This document shows positions 28,507-39,102 of a DNA stretch of 64,000 nt, piece after piece; the first letter of the stretch is position 1, and each line of letters starts with the position of its first letter. The DNA is from a virus (Duplodnaviria > Caudoviricetes): IMG/VR virus record IMGVR_UViG_3300042567_001420; one strand, 5' to 3'. The position numbers and the translations under genes were made by a program. A model generated the notes under the pieces. The model searched no databases. It was not told where the DNA came from and saw only the letters and a list, made by a program, of their open reading frames with translations.

Positions 28507-29811
28507 TTAGAATTCTATAACTATATGAATATTTTCTGCTTGGTCTAAAGCTCTTGTAATTTTAGCGCGGTTTTCCACATATAAAATTTGACCAGTATTT
28601 TTATTTACTTCAGCAGGTGTTATTACACTAATAGTTCCTACTGCCAATGAATTTGCTCCACGAATTGTTTCCCCGGTTGAAAATATAATATTTCCCGAAA
28701 ATAATTCAATCGGAGTAATATATCTAATAGTAACATTCCCGGCCGCCACATTCGCATTTGCGCTAACTATAAATGCGTTTGAGTTGGTATTATCTCCACT
28801 AATATATTCATCTAATGCAAATGTGCCAGTAACGTTTGAAACATTTAATGTAATTGTTGCATCAAGCGTTGTTTCAGTTGCTATTGTAGATGTTATGTTT
28901 GAAATTGGATTTTTAATTATTCCAATTCTTCTATAATCATTTACTACAGGAAAATCACCACCACCTTCTGCATAATTAAGCCTTGTATTAATCATTACAT
29001 ATCTAGCACCCAATTCAGTCAACACATCTGATCCATGACCATTTACGGGAGAAATAATTGCTCTAGCAGTTGCATTTGCTCCTCCTCCTCCTGTAATTAC
29101 TAGATTTGCATAATTATAATTAGATCCTGGGGTACTTAATATAATACGACTAATTGTATTTGCGCTAGTAATAATACTTCCTACGGCAGCCCCGCTACCG
29201 TCTCCCAATATACTAACAGTAATATTTGAATTTGTTGTATAAGAATTGCCGGCATTAACTACAATTGCATTATCTATAGTGCCTTTAATTGCAGTTGAAG
29301 TAACATCATAATTTAAATTAACCGGCATAAAATTACTTGTTAAAAATTTTAATAAATCGGTATCTGACAATGAATACAAATATTTCCATCTATATCCGTC
29401 AGAGGTTGTTATAACACTCATGGATGTTCCGGTGGGTTTACTGGATGAAGCTGCCCCAAAATTATTAGATATACATTTGTAAACATTATTATCTTGTGTT
29501 AGTACATAAAAATTAGATCCATAAAAATTTTGATTTTCATTATCATATTGGGAATATACAACACCCGAAGACCAATTGTTACGTAAGACAACTTGTTTGA
29601 AATCATTTGGCACAATTCTTTTTAATGCGACAGTATCCGTCCAATAAAGTGTATCTTGATATGGAACGTTTACTGGTGTGGGTGCCGTTGGTTCATTATC
29701 CCAACTTTGGGGTCTACCTATAAAAAGATACAGGTTATTAGTATCAACAACATACTCTATAAAACGAGTAGCATTAAATACTCTAAAATTTTCTGTAATG
29801 ATTTGAGCCAT
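28507..29811 (-). CDS. gp8: Baseplate wedge gp8
   Basis: LYLFIGRPQSW, NNVYKCISNN, TSDGYRWKYLY, NDYRRIGIIKNP, GQILYVENR...IVIEF. Confidence 0.95.
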   Translation of the reverse strand: MAQIITENFRVFNATRFIEYVVDTNNLYLFIGRPQSWDNEPTAPTPVNVPYQDTLYWTDTVALKRIVPNDFKQVVLRNNWSSGVVYSQYDNENQNFYGSNFYVLTQDNNVYKCISNNFGAASSSKPTGTSMSVITTSDGYRWKYLYSLSDTDLLKFLTSNFMPVNLNYDVTSTAIKGTIDNAIVVNAGNSYTTNSNITVSILGDGSGAAVGSIITSANTISRIILSTPGSNYNYANLVITGGGGANATARAIISPVNGHGSDVLTELGARYVMINTRLNYAEGGGDFPVVNDYRRIGIIKNPISNITSTIATETTLDATITLNVSNVTGTFALDEYISGDNTNSNAFIVSANANVAAGNVTIRYITPIELFSGNIIFSTGETIRGANSLAVGTISVITPAEVNKNTGQILYVENRAKITRALDQAENIHIVIEF

Positions 29812-29839
29812 TATAATTCCATTAATTTTTAATTATTTA

Positions 29840-31624
29840 TTACAGTATATTGAATATATAATATACATGATCTGTAGATATAGGTAAATTTTGTACTCTG
29901 CTATTTGAATAAGAAGTCATGCTTGCATCAAATGGGGGAATATTCATATCTGCAGTTATACCCAAATAATCCCAAATCTCATTATCAACCGTTGTTTCAA
30001 CATTTGCTGAAATCTGATTAGTAATAAAAACTTCACCAAAAACTTCCATGCCCGCCGGATGAACTGTGGATTTGACAATATCTTTCCATTTATCAATAGA
30101 TTCTCCGCTTCTTACCACATATGAATATTGTTGATAAAATATTTTAGATTTATCTACAGAATCAACTGCAGGACCTTGGATATAAATTAATTCAGATAAT
30201 TTACCTTTGTTGTTTAACCAATACCCCTCACTTTCTTGAACTGCTCCAATATTACTAAATAAGTTTGCTGTTCTTGTATATTTTAAATTTGCAAAAATAG
30301 CAGTTGAATCCAACCCGGTCATTGTAAATCTAAACCGGGTATCATCTAAAATTGTGGTGACGGTAATTACATTTTCCGCGCCATTAATATAACTATTAGA
30401 ATTTCCGTAAAAAATTAAATTGGCATTTTTTCCTCTAGATAAACCATGAGGAACTGTACCGGTAAATGTGCCTATTGTATTACTAAGTCGAACATTTCCT
30501 TGCACTACATTTACCGGATCTTCTATAGATGCATTAACAAAAAATCCTACCGGTAGTGCACCATTTATCGGAGTAAGGCCTGCAAATACTCCAGGATTAA
30601 CTACTTTAATTGTTCGAATTCCGCCGGTATCTGTTAAAGATGTTATTCGTACATTTGCATCTCGTACTAAAATTTTAGTATTTGCAGTATATCCATTTTC
30701 TCCGTCAATGATGTCAAGTTTAATTAACTGCGGAATTATGCTTGCATTTATAATTTCTCTAGTATTTGTGGTAGAATTTGTTAATTTACTAGCAGTTATA
30801 TTTTCAATTAAAAAATTACCTTTAATTTTTTCAAGAGTTAATTCATATACAGTAATTGTGTATCCTACATCAGGATTAATTTTAACAACATTATTTACTA
30901 CGGCAGATGCTCCAGATACATCCCCTACAATTTTAGTATTAATAAAATTGAATATATTGGAATTATCTATAGATATAACTCTTAAATTATAATCTTTTTT
31001 CCAAACTCCGTCAGATGCCTTTAAAACTACAGTATCCGGATAAAAGAAACTAGCTTCATCGTTAAAAATTATTCTAAATAATAATTTGTAAGCTTCTTCA
31101 GTTCCTTTTGTTTTATGTATATCTTTAAAGTGTTTAATAAAAGTGCGTTTATCTGTAATGATGTTACGCGGAATATCATTGCCATAATTTATAAAGAAAT
31201 TCTCAATTAATGAATCAATTGTAGTTTCACTATCAGCGTATTGTCTTGCATTTTGTAATAGTTCTTGTGGGCTTTGATCTTGTTCTAAAAATTTGTAATA
31301 TGCCTCTAAAAATTTTATAAAATTAGAACTAGTATCCGTTTTAACAAAACTTAATTGTACAGAAGTAAGTGTTGCTGGTGCAACTGCACTAATTTGAATT
31401 TTAGTATTTGATAATATACTTATAACATAGAGTGAACTAGTAATTTGTGCATGTGATAGTTTATCACCTGCCATAATATCTACACTATTATTTACAGTTA
31501 CAATATCAGATCCAGCAACAGTAGAACCAATTGCATAAGATACTGCTTCAGATTCTCCTACACGCAAAAACTCAGGTATTTGATGTGTAAATATTTTTGA
31601 TATTTTTTCTGTTATTCGGCTCAT
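29840..31624 (-). CDS. gp7: Baseplate wedge initiator gp7-like
   Basis: QIPEFLR, FIKFLEAYYKFLE, KTKGTEEAYKLLFRIIF, YQQYSYVVRS, VHPAGMEVFGE. Confidence 0.85.
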   Translation of the reverse strand: MSRITEKISKIFTHQIPEFLRVGESEAVSYAIGSTVAGSDIVTVNNSVDIMAGDKLSHAQITSSLYVISILSNTKIQISAVAPATLTSVQLSFVKTDTSSNFIKFLEAYYKFLEQDQSPQELLQNARQYADSETTIDSLIENFFINYGNDIPRNIITDKRTFIKHFKDIHKTKGTEEAYKLLFRIIFNDEASFFYPDTVVLKASDGVWKKDYNLRVISIDNSNIFNFINTKIVGDVSGASAVVNNVVKINPDVGYTITVYELTLEKIKGNFLIENITASKLTNSTTNTREIINASIIPQLIKLDIIDGENGYTANTKILVRDANVRITSLTDTGGIRTIKVVNPGVFAGLTPINGALPVGFFVNASIEDPVNVVQGNVRLSNTIGTFTGTVPHGLSRGKNANLIFYGNSNSYINGAENVITVTTILDDTRFRFTMTGLDSTAIFANLKYTRTANLFSNIGAVQESEGYWLNNKGKLSELIYIQGPAVDSVDKSKIFYQQYSYVVRSGESIDKWKDIVKSTVHPAGMEVFGEVFITNQISANVETTVDNEIWDYLGITADMNIPPFDASMTSYSNSRVQNLPISTDHVYYIFNIL

Positions 31625-33495
31625 TCAGTTACAACTGCGATTGTATTAACAGTTAATCCTTGTAGTCTATTTGCAGCACCATTAAAAGTACTGTCATCTA
31701 ATAGTAAAATTTCATTTTTACTAACCATAATATCTAAATATGAATCTTGCACGGTTGTTGATAATCTAATATCTGTAGTATCTTCCGTGTATCCTGTAGG
31801 ATATAAAGAGTCTATTGAAATTATACCGTTGTTATAATCAATAGTTCCATAGTTTGATGTAATAATTTCGGATGTATCTGCATTAACTAACTTAAGTGTG
31901 CCAAATCCTAATCTATTTGGGACAATATCATTAGGAAAATCTTTAATTCTGGCTTCAACGGAATTGCCGTTTTGCGAAACAACAAATCTGGTAGTCTCTA
32001 AACTACCGGGTTCAATTCCATTTTTAAAGTTAATTGTGTTACCTATAGTATAAGAATTATCAAAATTTAATATTGGTGTTATTCTTTTCTGCAATTTAAC
32101 AGTCATTAAATTACCTATAACAGAATTATCTACTGCATCAATTGTTCTTGATAATTTAGAATAAACAAAATCTTTATCAAATTTTTGCAAATCATTATTA
32201 AAATATGTTCGTATCGTTGATATTACTAAATTTTTAATTTGTGTTGCAGATACTGTAGAAATTTTAGAATTGTACTTCACATTCACTGCTAAATTAATAT
32301 AAAAATATTCTGGTTCAATAAATTCTGGTATAATAGATAATACTTGTTTACTTTGTAGAACTAAATTTGAAATATCATCTTTAGTTTGTTGTGTTATCTC
32401 GTATCCATCATATGGGTTTAATGAAATAATAACTTTGCCATATTTCGGAGGATTATTATCTTCTCCGCCCCATACTGAGATAGATTCAACTAAAGGATAA
32501 TTTTTAGAAATTAATACTTTATAATCTTCAGCAGTAACTGCTCTATTTTGAGAAGATCCAAATTTTGGAGCATTAAATCTAATACTTTCAATCGTTTCTC
32601 TAGAAGTTCCGCCTCTTGAATTTGAAGTGGGTGTGATTATACCGGTAACCGAACCGCCGCCAATTTGCGAGCCGCAAAAAAATTCTTGAGAAATATTACC
32701 AGAAACATTACCTAGCGTGCCATTACTAATTAAATAGGTAACTTTAACAAGATTGCCTCTATTTAATTTTTTACCTAAAATACCATCGCCAAAATGTATT
32801 TGATATCTATCGGCTGTATTTTCTTCTAAGAAATAAACATTAGACGTTCCGTCAATATTTAAAGTATCTTCTGCTAAGGAGTATACTGTAGTTGTTGTAT
32901 CTGATAATGAATTTTGCACAATAACTTGAATAGATGAAATGTCGCAATTTTCATTAGGTATTATATATTTTTCTGCTGGACCAGGAACATCTGCAGTAAA
33001 TATATATTCTAATGGAATTCCCTCTACAACTTCTACATCAGTAAATGTATATGTTCCAACATTGGGTTGTATCGTTACAGAATTTAAATTAACAAATGTT
33101 AGAGAATTTTCATTTATAGTAGTTGTAAATGGAGTAAATCTTTCAAGTGTCAAAAAGTTTGGATTATTCGTAGGGGAGTCAACTTCGAATGATAATAGCG
33201 CTCTTGCACCTTGTGTAGAAAATGGTGTATATCCCAGATGTTTTGCAATAGAAACTGCCGACGCTCTTTTAACGGCCGAGTCTAAAAACATCTCATTAAC
33301 TACCATGTTTGCTAAATAAGCATTGTAGTGAGTATTGTAAGATAACACATCCAACAGAATAGATAGCCCAGATCCTTCATAATCAAAGTCTGTGAAGTAT
33401 GGTGCACCATCGTCATCAACGTAATTTTTTAAAAAGTCTTTTAGATTTGATTTTATTGTATCAAAATCTAATTCCGCTATTCTTAGATTGGACAT
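31621..33495 (-). CDS. gp6: Baseplate wedge gp6
   Basis: ELDFDTIKSNLKDFL, DFDYEGSGLSILLDVLSYNTHYNAY, QNRAVTAEDY, SVWGGEDNNPPKYGKV. Confidence 0.97.
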   Translation of the reverse strand: MSNLRIAELDFDTIKSNLKDFLKNYVDDDGAPYFTDFDYEGSGLSILLDVLSYNTHYNAYLANMVVNEMFLDSAVKRASAVSIAKHLGYTPFSTQGARALLSFEVDSPTNNPNFLTLERFTPFTTTINENSLTFVNLNSVTIQPNVGTYTFTDVEVVEGIPLEYIFTADVPGPAEKYIIPNENCDISSIQVIVQNSLSDTTTTVYSLAEDTLNIDGTSNVYFLEENTADRYQIHFGDGILGKKLNRGNLVKVTYLISNGTLGNVSGNISQEFFCGSQIGGGSVTGIITPTSNSRGGTSRETIESIRFNAPKFGSSQNRAVTAEDYKVLISKNYPLVESISVWGGEDNNPPKYGKVIISLNPYDGYEITQQTKDDISNLVLQSKQVLSIIPEFIEPEYFYINLAVNVKYNSKISTVSATQIKNLVISTIRTYFNNDLQKFDKDFVYSKLSRTIDAVDNSVIGNLMTVKLQKRITPILNFDNSYTIGNTINFKNGIEPGSLETTRFVVSQNGNSVEARIKDFPNDIVPNRLGFGTLKLVNADTSEIITSNYGTIDYNNGIISIDSLYPTGYTEDTTDIRLSTTVQDSYLDIMVSKNEILLLDDSTFNGAANRLQGLTVNTIAVVTE

Positions 33496-33896
33496 TATCT
33501 TGCTCTGCTAATAGTTGTTGCTACGGTTATAGGTTCTTCGGTATTACTAAGTGCGAATGTTACTTCTATATCAATTGCATTTTTATCAGAATTATCAATA
33601 ATCTGAATATCTATAATTCTTGCCCTTGGCTCAAATTTTCGTATAGTGGTTTCAATTGATTTTTCTAATGCAGTAATTGTAGATGGTATAAAATTTTCAA
33701 AAATCAACGCACTAATTTGACTACCTATTTCCGGGTGAAATGGTCTCTCATAATTTTTTGTCAGAATTAAATTCTGAATAGCAGTTTTTACTGCGTCAGC
33801 ATTTGTTCTAGTTAAAACATCTTTTGAATAAGGATGCGGCTTAAATAACAGATTTAAATCTGTATATCTTCGTACAATTCGATTTACGGTTGCCAT
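33495..33896 (-). CDS. gp25: Baseplate wedge gp25
   Basis: YTDLNLLFKPHP, NLILTKNYERPFHPEIGS, IRKFEPRA. Confidence 0.95.
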   Translation of the reverse strand: MATVNRIVRRYTDLNLLFKPHPYSKDVLTRTNADAVKTAIQNLILTKNYERPFHPEIGSQISALIFENFIPSTITALEKSIETTIRKFEPRARIIDIQIIDNSDKNAIDIEVTFALSNTEEPITVATTISRAR

Positions 33897-33953
33897 TTTT
33901 ATATTTATTGTTTTTGGTAAGAGGCTAGAACATTATTATTTATGTAGTAATTT

Positions 33954-36020
33954 TTATCCATAATTTACAAACGAATTGCGAGCCCCAGGAGCATTGGCAC
34001 TGTGATTTACCAGTGTACCTATAGGCATTGCAGATTTTGATCCGTTGCTAGCTGCCGCAACGTGTATCCAAGCAACTATTTTTCCATTTGGTTTTTTAGC
34101 ATATTCTAGCAATACTTGTTTATATGGAGTATTTGCCTCAATCCATTTTGCAATATCATAATAATCATCGTTTGACCTGCCTGTAAATTGTATATCTACT
34201 GCCTGTCCTTTATCATGATCCGATCCTTCATTTTTACTTCTAAACCCGCTGGTTATAATCATATCAGGATATTGTTCTTTTATTTTATCTAATACGTTTA
34301 CGGATAAGTGTTTTAGATTTCCTACAATCTGAGCAGAGGTTAGTCCACCTTGATCCCTGACTGCGTACGATGAAGCAGCGGCTCTGGTTGAAAGATCTCC
34401 TAATGTAAAATATTTTGATAACTTCATAGAATCTGGGAAAGTCTTCAATCCTGCAAATTCTGATACATCTACCGGTGTTGGTTGAACGCCTCCGGTTATC
34501 GATGAAGATTTTTCTGTATTAGTATCTCTAGATAATGTTGTTAGATCTTCTACGTTTGTAGTAATTTCATTATTTTTAATCCTTGCTGCAGTATAAGTTT
34601 CTGCGCTTTTATCTAAAGAATCTCCTAAGAATATACTTTCCGGGCTATCGGGTCTTACAGAATCTTTAATAATTACAGGTGTAGGTGATTTAACTTCAGG
34701 AGGTGTTGGCACAGGAAGCGTAGTAGTGGATACTTGTATGGACCCCATTTTTGTTTTTACGGTTGCCGCATCTAATAACAATTCTAATCCGCCCTTTACA
34801 CTTGCGGTTGTGCCTGCTTGCAATGCAACTTCTTTTGCAGCTTTTGCAGCAAATGCGCCGGTTTTTGCATTTAGTGTGATACTACTACCTTGTATGTTAA
34901 CAGGCCCGTCACTTGTAATTTGTACACTAGATTTGCCGGATACTTTAATATCATCTCCAACTATTTGAACTGTTTGCGCCGCTTGCACTAAAGCAGATCT
35001 ATGTGTTAAAATACTGGCTTCGCCGTCTACTTCAATGTCTGCATCATTTTGTACGAGTATTTTTGTAGTGCCACCTACTGTTAAATTATATGCACCTTTA
35101 ACATATACATAACCATTTTTATCAGTTAATTCATAACTATCACCTACAGTCTTTTTAACAGATGAACCATTTACATCTATTTCAATATAGGATCCTTTTT
35201 TATGATATATGTGAATTCTTTCAGCATTTGGACTAGAATCTAATTCAATGACATGCCCTGCTTCAGTTTCAATAACTTGGTTGTACGGATACAAGGCGTT
35301 ATATGCCGATTCCGGTTCATCCCATGTTCCCGTTGATTGCGCTTTGGATATACTTGTTTTTCTATTTTTAGTTTTTAACGCAAAATACTTATGTGATTTA
35401 TCCTCTGCTGCTAATTTATTAGTGTCGGGTTTTTCTGAATACTCGATCTTAGGATACACTCCATTTGGATCTTTGAATGCTTTGGCCTTTACATCCGATG
35501 GATTGTTTAAAGGACCTGAAGATTTAGCTTTTGGATTATTTGGATGATTTAAAAATGATGAATTTTGATCATAATTAGAATCTGCAACATCTGTTCCAGT
35601 TTGTATTGGGTTACCTGAAATATCGGTTACTGGATTGCCTGAAGAAGTTGTTAATAAATTGTTCGCAGCTAATTGATCTTGCGCAATTTTCTTATCAGCG
35701 TTTGGATGTTTTTCATTTTTGCCTGCAAGAGTACCCATCATTACAGGCTGTTGTCCTTCTTCATTATCTAAGAACCAACCAAATACCCAAGTGCCTTCAA
35801 CTGGGCCAACAGGTGCAATACCGATACCAGATGTAGCGGCAGATGTTATTGGCTGCATGGGAATAGCCCATGGCAAATCTGCTTTAGGCAACACGGTCAA
35901 ATCATCTATATGATATCCAAATATTCTTACTTTACATCTACCTAATTTTTCGGGATCTTGTCTATCTTCAACTACCCCTACCCACCAGGTAAAATTTTGT
36001 CCGCCATACAGGTTATTCAT
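33954..36020 (-). CDS. gp5: Baseplate central spike gp5 with C-terminal M15 metallopeptidase
   Basis: OB-fold WWVGVVEDRQDPEKLGRCKVRIFGYH; YPYNQVIETEAGHVIELD; C-terminal SKYFTL...ITSGFRS...SDHDKGQAVDI...WIHV. Confidence 0.93.
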   Translation of the reverse strand: MNNLYGGQNFTWWVGVVEDRQDPEKLGRCKVRIFGYHIDDLTVLPKADLPWAIPMQPITSAATSGIGIAPVGPVEGTWVFGWFLDNEEGQQPVMMGTLAGKNEKHPNADKKIAQDQLAANNLLTTSSGNPVTDISGNPIQTGTDVADSNYDQNSSFLNHPNNPKAKSSGPLNNPSDVKAKAFKDPNGVYPKIEYSEKPDTNKLAAEDKSHKYFALKTKNRKTSISKAQSTGTWDEPESAYNALYPYNQVIETEAGHVIELDSSPNAERIHIYHKKGSYIEIDVNGSSVKKTVGDSYELTDKNGYVYVKGAYNLTVGGTTKILVQNDADIEVDGEASILTHRSALVQAAQTVQIVGDDIKVSGKSSVQITSDGPVNIQGSSITLNAKTGAFAAKAAKEVALQAGTTASVKGGLELLLDAATVKTKMGSIQVSTTTLPVPTPPEVKSPTPVIIKDSVRPDSPESIFLGDSLDKSAETYTAARIKNNEITTNVEDLTTLSRDTNTEKSSSITGGVQPTPVDVSEFAGLKTFPDSMKLSKYFTLGDLSTRAAASSYAVRDQGGLTSAQIVGNLKHLSVNVLDKIKEQYPDMIITSGFRSKNEGSDHDKGQAVDIQFTGRSNDDYYDIAKWIEANTPYKQVLLEYAKKPNGKIVAWIHVAAASNGSKSAMPIGTLVNHSANAPGARNSFVNYG

Positions 36021-36029
36021 AATTATCTT

Positions 36030-37367
36030 TCAAAACGCAGTAGTTGATACATTTGTGGCATCTATTAAAGTTGCGGCAGCAGGATCAAACGAATCTTTTA
36101 TTATTTCCATAGATATACTATGAGTTAATATATTAATTTTGTGGTTGATTGCAGTTATTAAATATCTTCCAGAATACTTAGGATCAATTTTATCTTTGGC
36201 AATATCAGCTTCGCTAGGAGGATCCATATCAGGAAATTTTACATTCATAAATTGCCCAGCTTCTATATCTGTTCGGCCATGTATTATTATGTTTAATTTT
36301 AAATTGCTCAACTCTTTTATATTTGATAATCTATTGCCATAAATTTCACCCATGCGTTCATTATAATTCTTTTTAACTCCGGTGTGCAGATTAGGATATT
36401 TAGGATAAACACGCACATGAGAATTTACATTTCGGGTAATCGCATTCGTTGAAAATAAAGGAGAAGGATTATATTGTGTCGAGTGTTTATATTTTGAGTA
36501 TTGCTCAACGTGATCGTATTCTGTAACTTCTTGTTTTTTATTGTATAAATTTAATGAAATTAATTTACTTGCAAAATACCCAGAATCTAATCCTACAACA
36601 TAGTCAAGTCCATTTTGTACAGATAACTCTGTGATTAAAGTCATCTTTTCTTCTATATCGTCAGTGCCAACAGATACACCGGTTGCTGCATATCTGTAAT
36701 CACCTATAGAATTTCCATTTTGAAATAAAGTTTCTAAACTACCAAAATAGAATGATTTAGTTGATTCCCAGAATAAAAAATTGCAGGCTTTTCCGTCGCT
36801 GGGAATAGTTTTCTTTGCTAACCAATTTATACATTTAAAGGGACTCCACCCATTACTTAGAAATTTCACATTGTTATCTGCACCGGTAAAAACAATTAAG
36901 TCTTTACCCATTTTTAAATTATTGTTAAATAAATCTTGTACTATTTTTGTTATATTTCCTTTAAATGGGGAATATAACATTGAATATGAATCTACAATTG
37001 CCTCAGGAGAAATTAACTTTAGTTTATAAATTTGAGTATTTTGATCTCTTGCCAAGACTCTATCTTCAACTGTAAAAACTCTAAATATTTTTTCAATTTT
37101 ATATTTGTTATCATTATTAAATCCAGGTGTTTTTAAACGCACGCTTAAATATTCTTCTCCGGTAATTGGAAAATGTCTTATTAAATTTGCACTATCTGAT
37201 AATATTATTTCTCCGCTTATAACATTACTAAATATGCTTTCATATAAATTTAATTCTATAAGATAATCTATTAGAGAGATAGATTTTCCGTTAGTAGATA
37301 TCAGAGATAATTCTTCGATTGATACTTCGCCTGGGGTTTGTAACCCATCTTGAACCGTGTTACTCAT
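36030..37367 (-). CDS. Baseplate hub protein (gp27-like)
   Basis: LNLYESIF...GEIILSDS...PITGEEYL, FLFWES, SGRYLITAINH; between gp53 and gp5. Confidence 0.7.
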   Translation of the reverse strand: MSNTVQDGLQTPGEVSIEELSLISTNGKSISLIDYLIELNLYESIFSNVISGEIILSDSANLIRHFPITGEEYLSVRLKTPGFNNDNKYKIEKIFRVFTVEDRVLARDQNTQIYKLKLISPEAIVDSYSMLYSPFKGNITKIVQDLFNNNLKMGKDLIVFTGADNNVKFLSNGWSPFKCINWLAKKTIPSDGKACNFLFWESTKSFYFGSLETLFQNGNSIGDYRYAATGVSVGTDDIEEKMTLITELSVQNGLDYVVGLDSGYFASKLISLNLYNKKQEVTEYDHVEQYSKYKHSTQYNPSPLFSTNAITRNVNSHVRVYPKYPNLHTGVKKNYNERMGEIYGNRLSNIKELSNLKLNIIIHGRTDIEAGQFMNVKFPDMDPPSEADIAKDKIDPKYSGRYLITAINHKINILTHSISMEIIKDSFDPAAATLIDATNVSTTAF

Positions 37368-37957
37368 TCTTTTATGATCTTATTAAAATCGGAATCTATT
37401 CCCGATACTAATTCGGGTTTTAAAATACTAATACGCCTTCTTTTTTCATTTAGTGAATCCTCATACATAAAGTTTGTAATTGGAAATAAATTATTTGTAG
37501 GAGCATTCTGAGATACTATTGGAGAAGAAAATGTTCCGGAACTTTGCACAACTAAAGAAATGGGATTATTAAATGTCGATCCGGGTTGTAACATTCTATA
37601 ACCATTGATAATATATTCCGCTTGATTAGCATAATGATGTATATGATATACTTGATTCTTACCATATTTACCACTGCAATATTCGTTCAACATATTGAAA
37701 TCCATGGGCCAATCAAATCTAGGATCAATAATGTCATTTGCCATTAATATAATCCAATGAAAAGTTGAGTCACCATAAAATTTATCTGCTAAAATTTCAG
37801 GAGTTTCTCCGTCACGAATATCATACTTATCAAAAAACGCATCATTGTTTTTTAACTGATCTGAGAATTTTACTCGTCGTAAAATATCAGGCACAAGTTG
37901 ATATGTACTTGTGTTATCAAGCGTATACGCAAGTAGAGGAAATTTACTAAAAAACAT
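37364..37957 (-). CDS. gp53: Baseplate wedge gp53
   Basis: FFSKFP, YDIRDGETPEILADKFYGDSTFHWIILMAN...DWP, NEKRRRISILKPE. Confidence 0.93.
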   Translation of the reverse strand: MFFSKFPLLAYTLDNTSTYQLVPDILRRVKFSDQLKNNDAFFDKYDIRDGETPEILADKFYGDSTFHWIILMANDIIDPRFDWPMDFNMLNEYCSGKYGKNQVYHIHHYANQAEYIINGYRMLQPGSTFNNPISLVVQSSGTFSSPIVSQNAPTNNLFPITNFMYEDSLNEKRRRISILKPELVSGIDSDFNKIIKE

Positions 37958-39058
37958 TTAATATCCTTGTCGAATAGAATCTTTAGTTAACAATTCTAAT
38001 TCTCTAAAACTTAATGTGATGTTAATTTCTGTAGGTGACCCATCTGAAAATGCTGCAAATTGTTCGCCGCCGTAATCTACAGACATATCAGTTAAAGCAC
38101 ATTGAGAAATTCTATTAAAGTATGGGTTTTCTTTATTTTTATAATAATAAACAATCTCAAACTCCGAAGGGTAAATGTAAAAATATCCTCCCTTAGATAA
38201 TTCAGGGTGCATATGTTCTTTAAATGTTTGAATAATGTTGTATACTGCTTGAGACTCTGTTCTGTCTTTCGGCATAAATCTATATCTAAAATTAAATTGT
38301 CTATAATCAACACCTTCAAAAAATACCTCTCTAAACGGATTTGTTCTAACCTTTGCACTTAATTGCGCAATATCTCCCAAACCTGCTGACCCAAACCCCG
38401 GCAACATTGATGGGATTTTAGCTAACTGTAATGCAAATGCTGATCCAAGTTCTCCGCCACTATTTTTAAAAGATTCGGTTATTGATGAATTATCGGTTAA
38501 AAATCCTCCCAATATACCCATATCTTTGTCTTGATAATTTATGCCATATTTTACACTAGGTCTTTCTTCAAGATGTAATGTTATAACATCTTTTAATCTT
38601 GATTTATTATCAGGCCTTAATGTATCACCCAATGTAGCTGCAGCTACAACCGCCCCAGCGGTTCCTGCTGTTACCAGAGCAGTTTTTATACCTACCGCGC
38701 CTGCTCTACTAGGATCATCTATTGCTGTTTGTAATGCTGCAGCAACGCCTGTTGCCGCAGATAAGGCTCCTATTTTAGTAACAGTTCCTGTACCGGAGGC
38801 TGTTAAATCATAATTATCTGATCTTCTATTTCTTACATTAACATCGGCTTTTTGATAAGATTCAAAAAATTTAGATTTACCTCGAATATTAACAAAGAAT
38901 GCTACGTAGTGTTGTAAATCCGGAGATTTGCCCACACCGCTAGGATATGTATACTGGTTAACATTATACTTGTTAGATTCTGGGAAACTAAAGGGAGCGT
39001 CGTATTTCTTAGCTCTATTTTCCGTATATTCTCGTATGTCTTTTGGGATATCTGCCAT
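37958..39058 (-). CDS. gp48: Baseplate tail-tube cap gp48
   Basis: NPFREVFFEGVDYRQFNFRYRFMPK, YPSEFEI, CALTDMSVDY, LSFRELELLTK. Confidence 0.9.
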   Translation of the reverse strand: MADIPKDIREYTENRAKKYDAPFSFPESNKYNVNQYTYPSGVGKSPDLQHYVAFFVNIRGKSKFFESYQKADVNVRNRRSDNYDLTASGTGTVTKIGALSAATGVAAALQTAIDDPSRAGAVGIKTALVTAGTAGAVVAAATLGDTLRPDNKSRLKDVITLHLEERPSVKYGINYQDKDMGILGGFLTDNSSITESFKNSGGELGSAFALQLAKIPSMLPGFGSAGLGDIAQLSAKVRTNPFREVFFEGVDYRQFNFRYRFMPKDRTESQAVYNIIQTFKEHMHPELSKGGYFYIYPSEFEIVYYYKNKENPYFNRISQCALTDMSVDYGGEQFAAFSDGSPTEINITLSFRELELLTKDSIRQGY

Positions 39059-39066
39059 ATTTTGCC

Positions 39067-39074
39067 TATAAATA
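39067..39074 (+). promoter_or_regulatory. Late promoter TATAAATA for the gp4 operon
   Basis: Exact TATAAATA 28 nt upstream of gp4. Confidence 0.85.
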
Positions 39075-39088
39075 TTATAGTTATTAAT

Positions 39089-39096
39089 TATTTATA
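39089..39096 (-). promoter_or_regulatory. Late promoter TATAAATA for the gp48 operon
   Basis: Exact TATAAATA on the minus strand 30 nt upstream of gp48. Confidence 0.85.
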
Positions 39097-39102
39097 TGAG
39101 TT

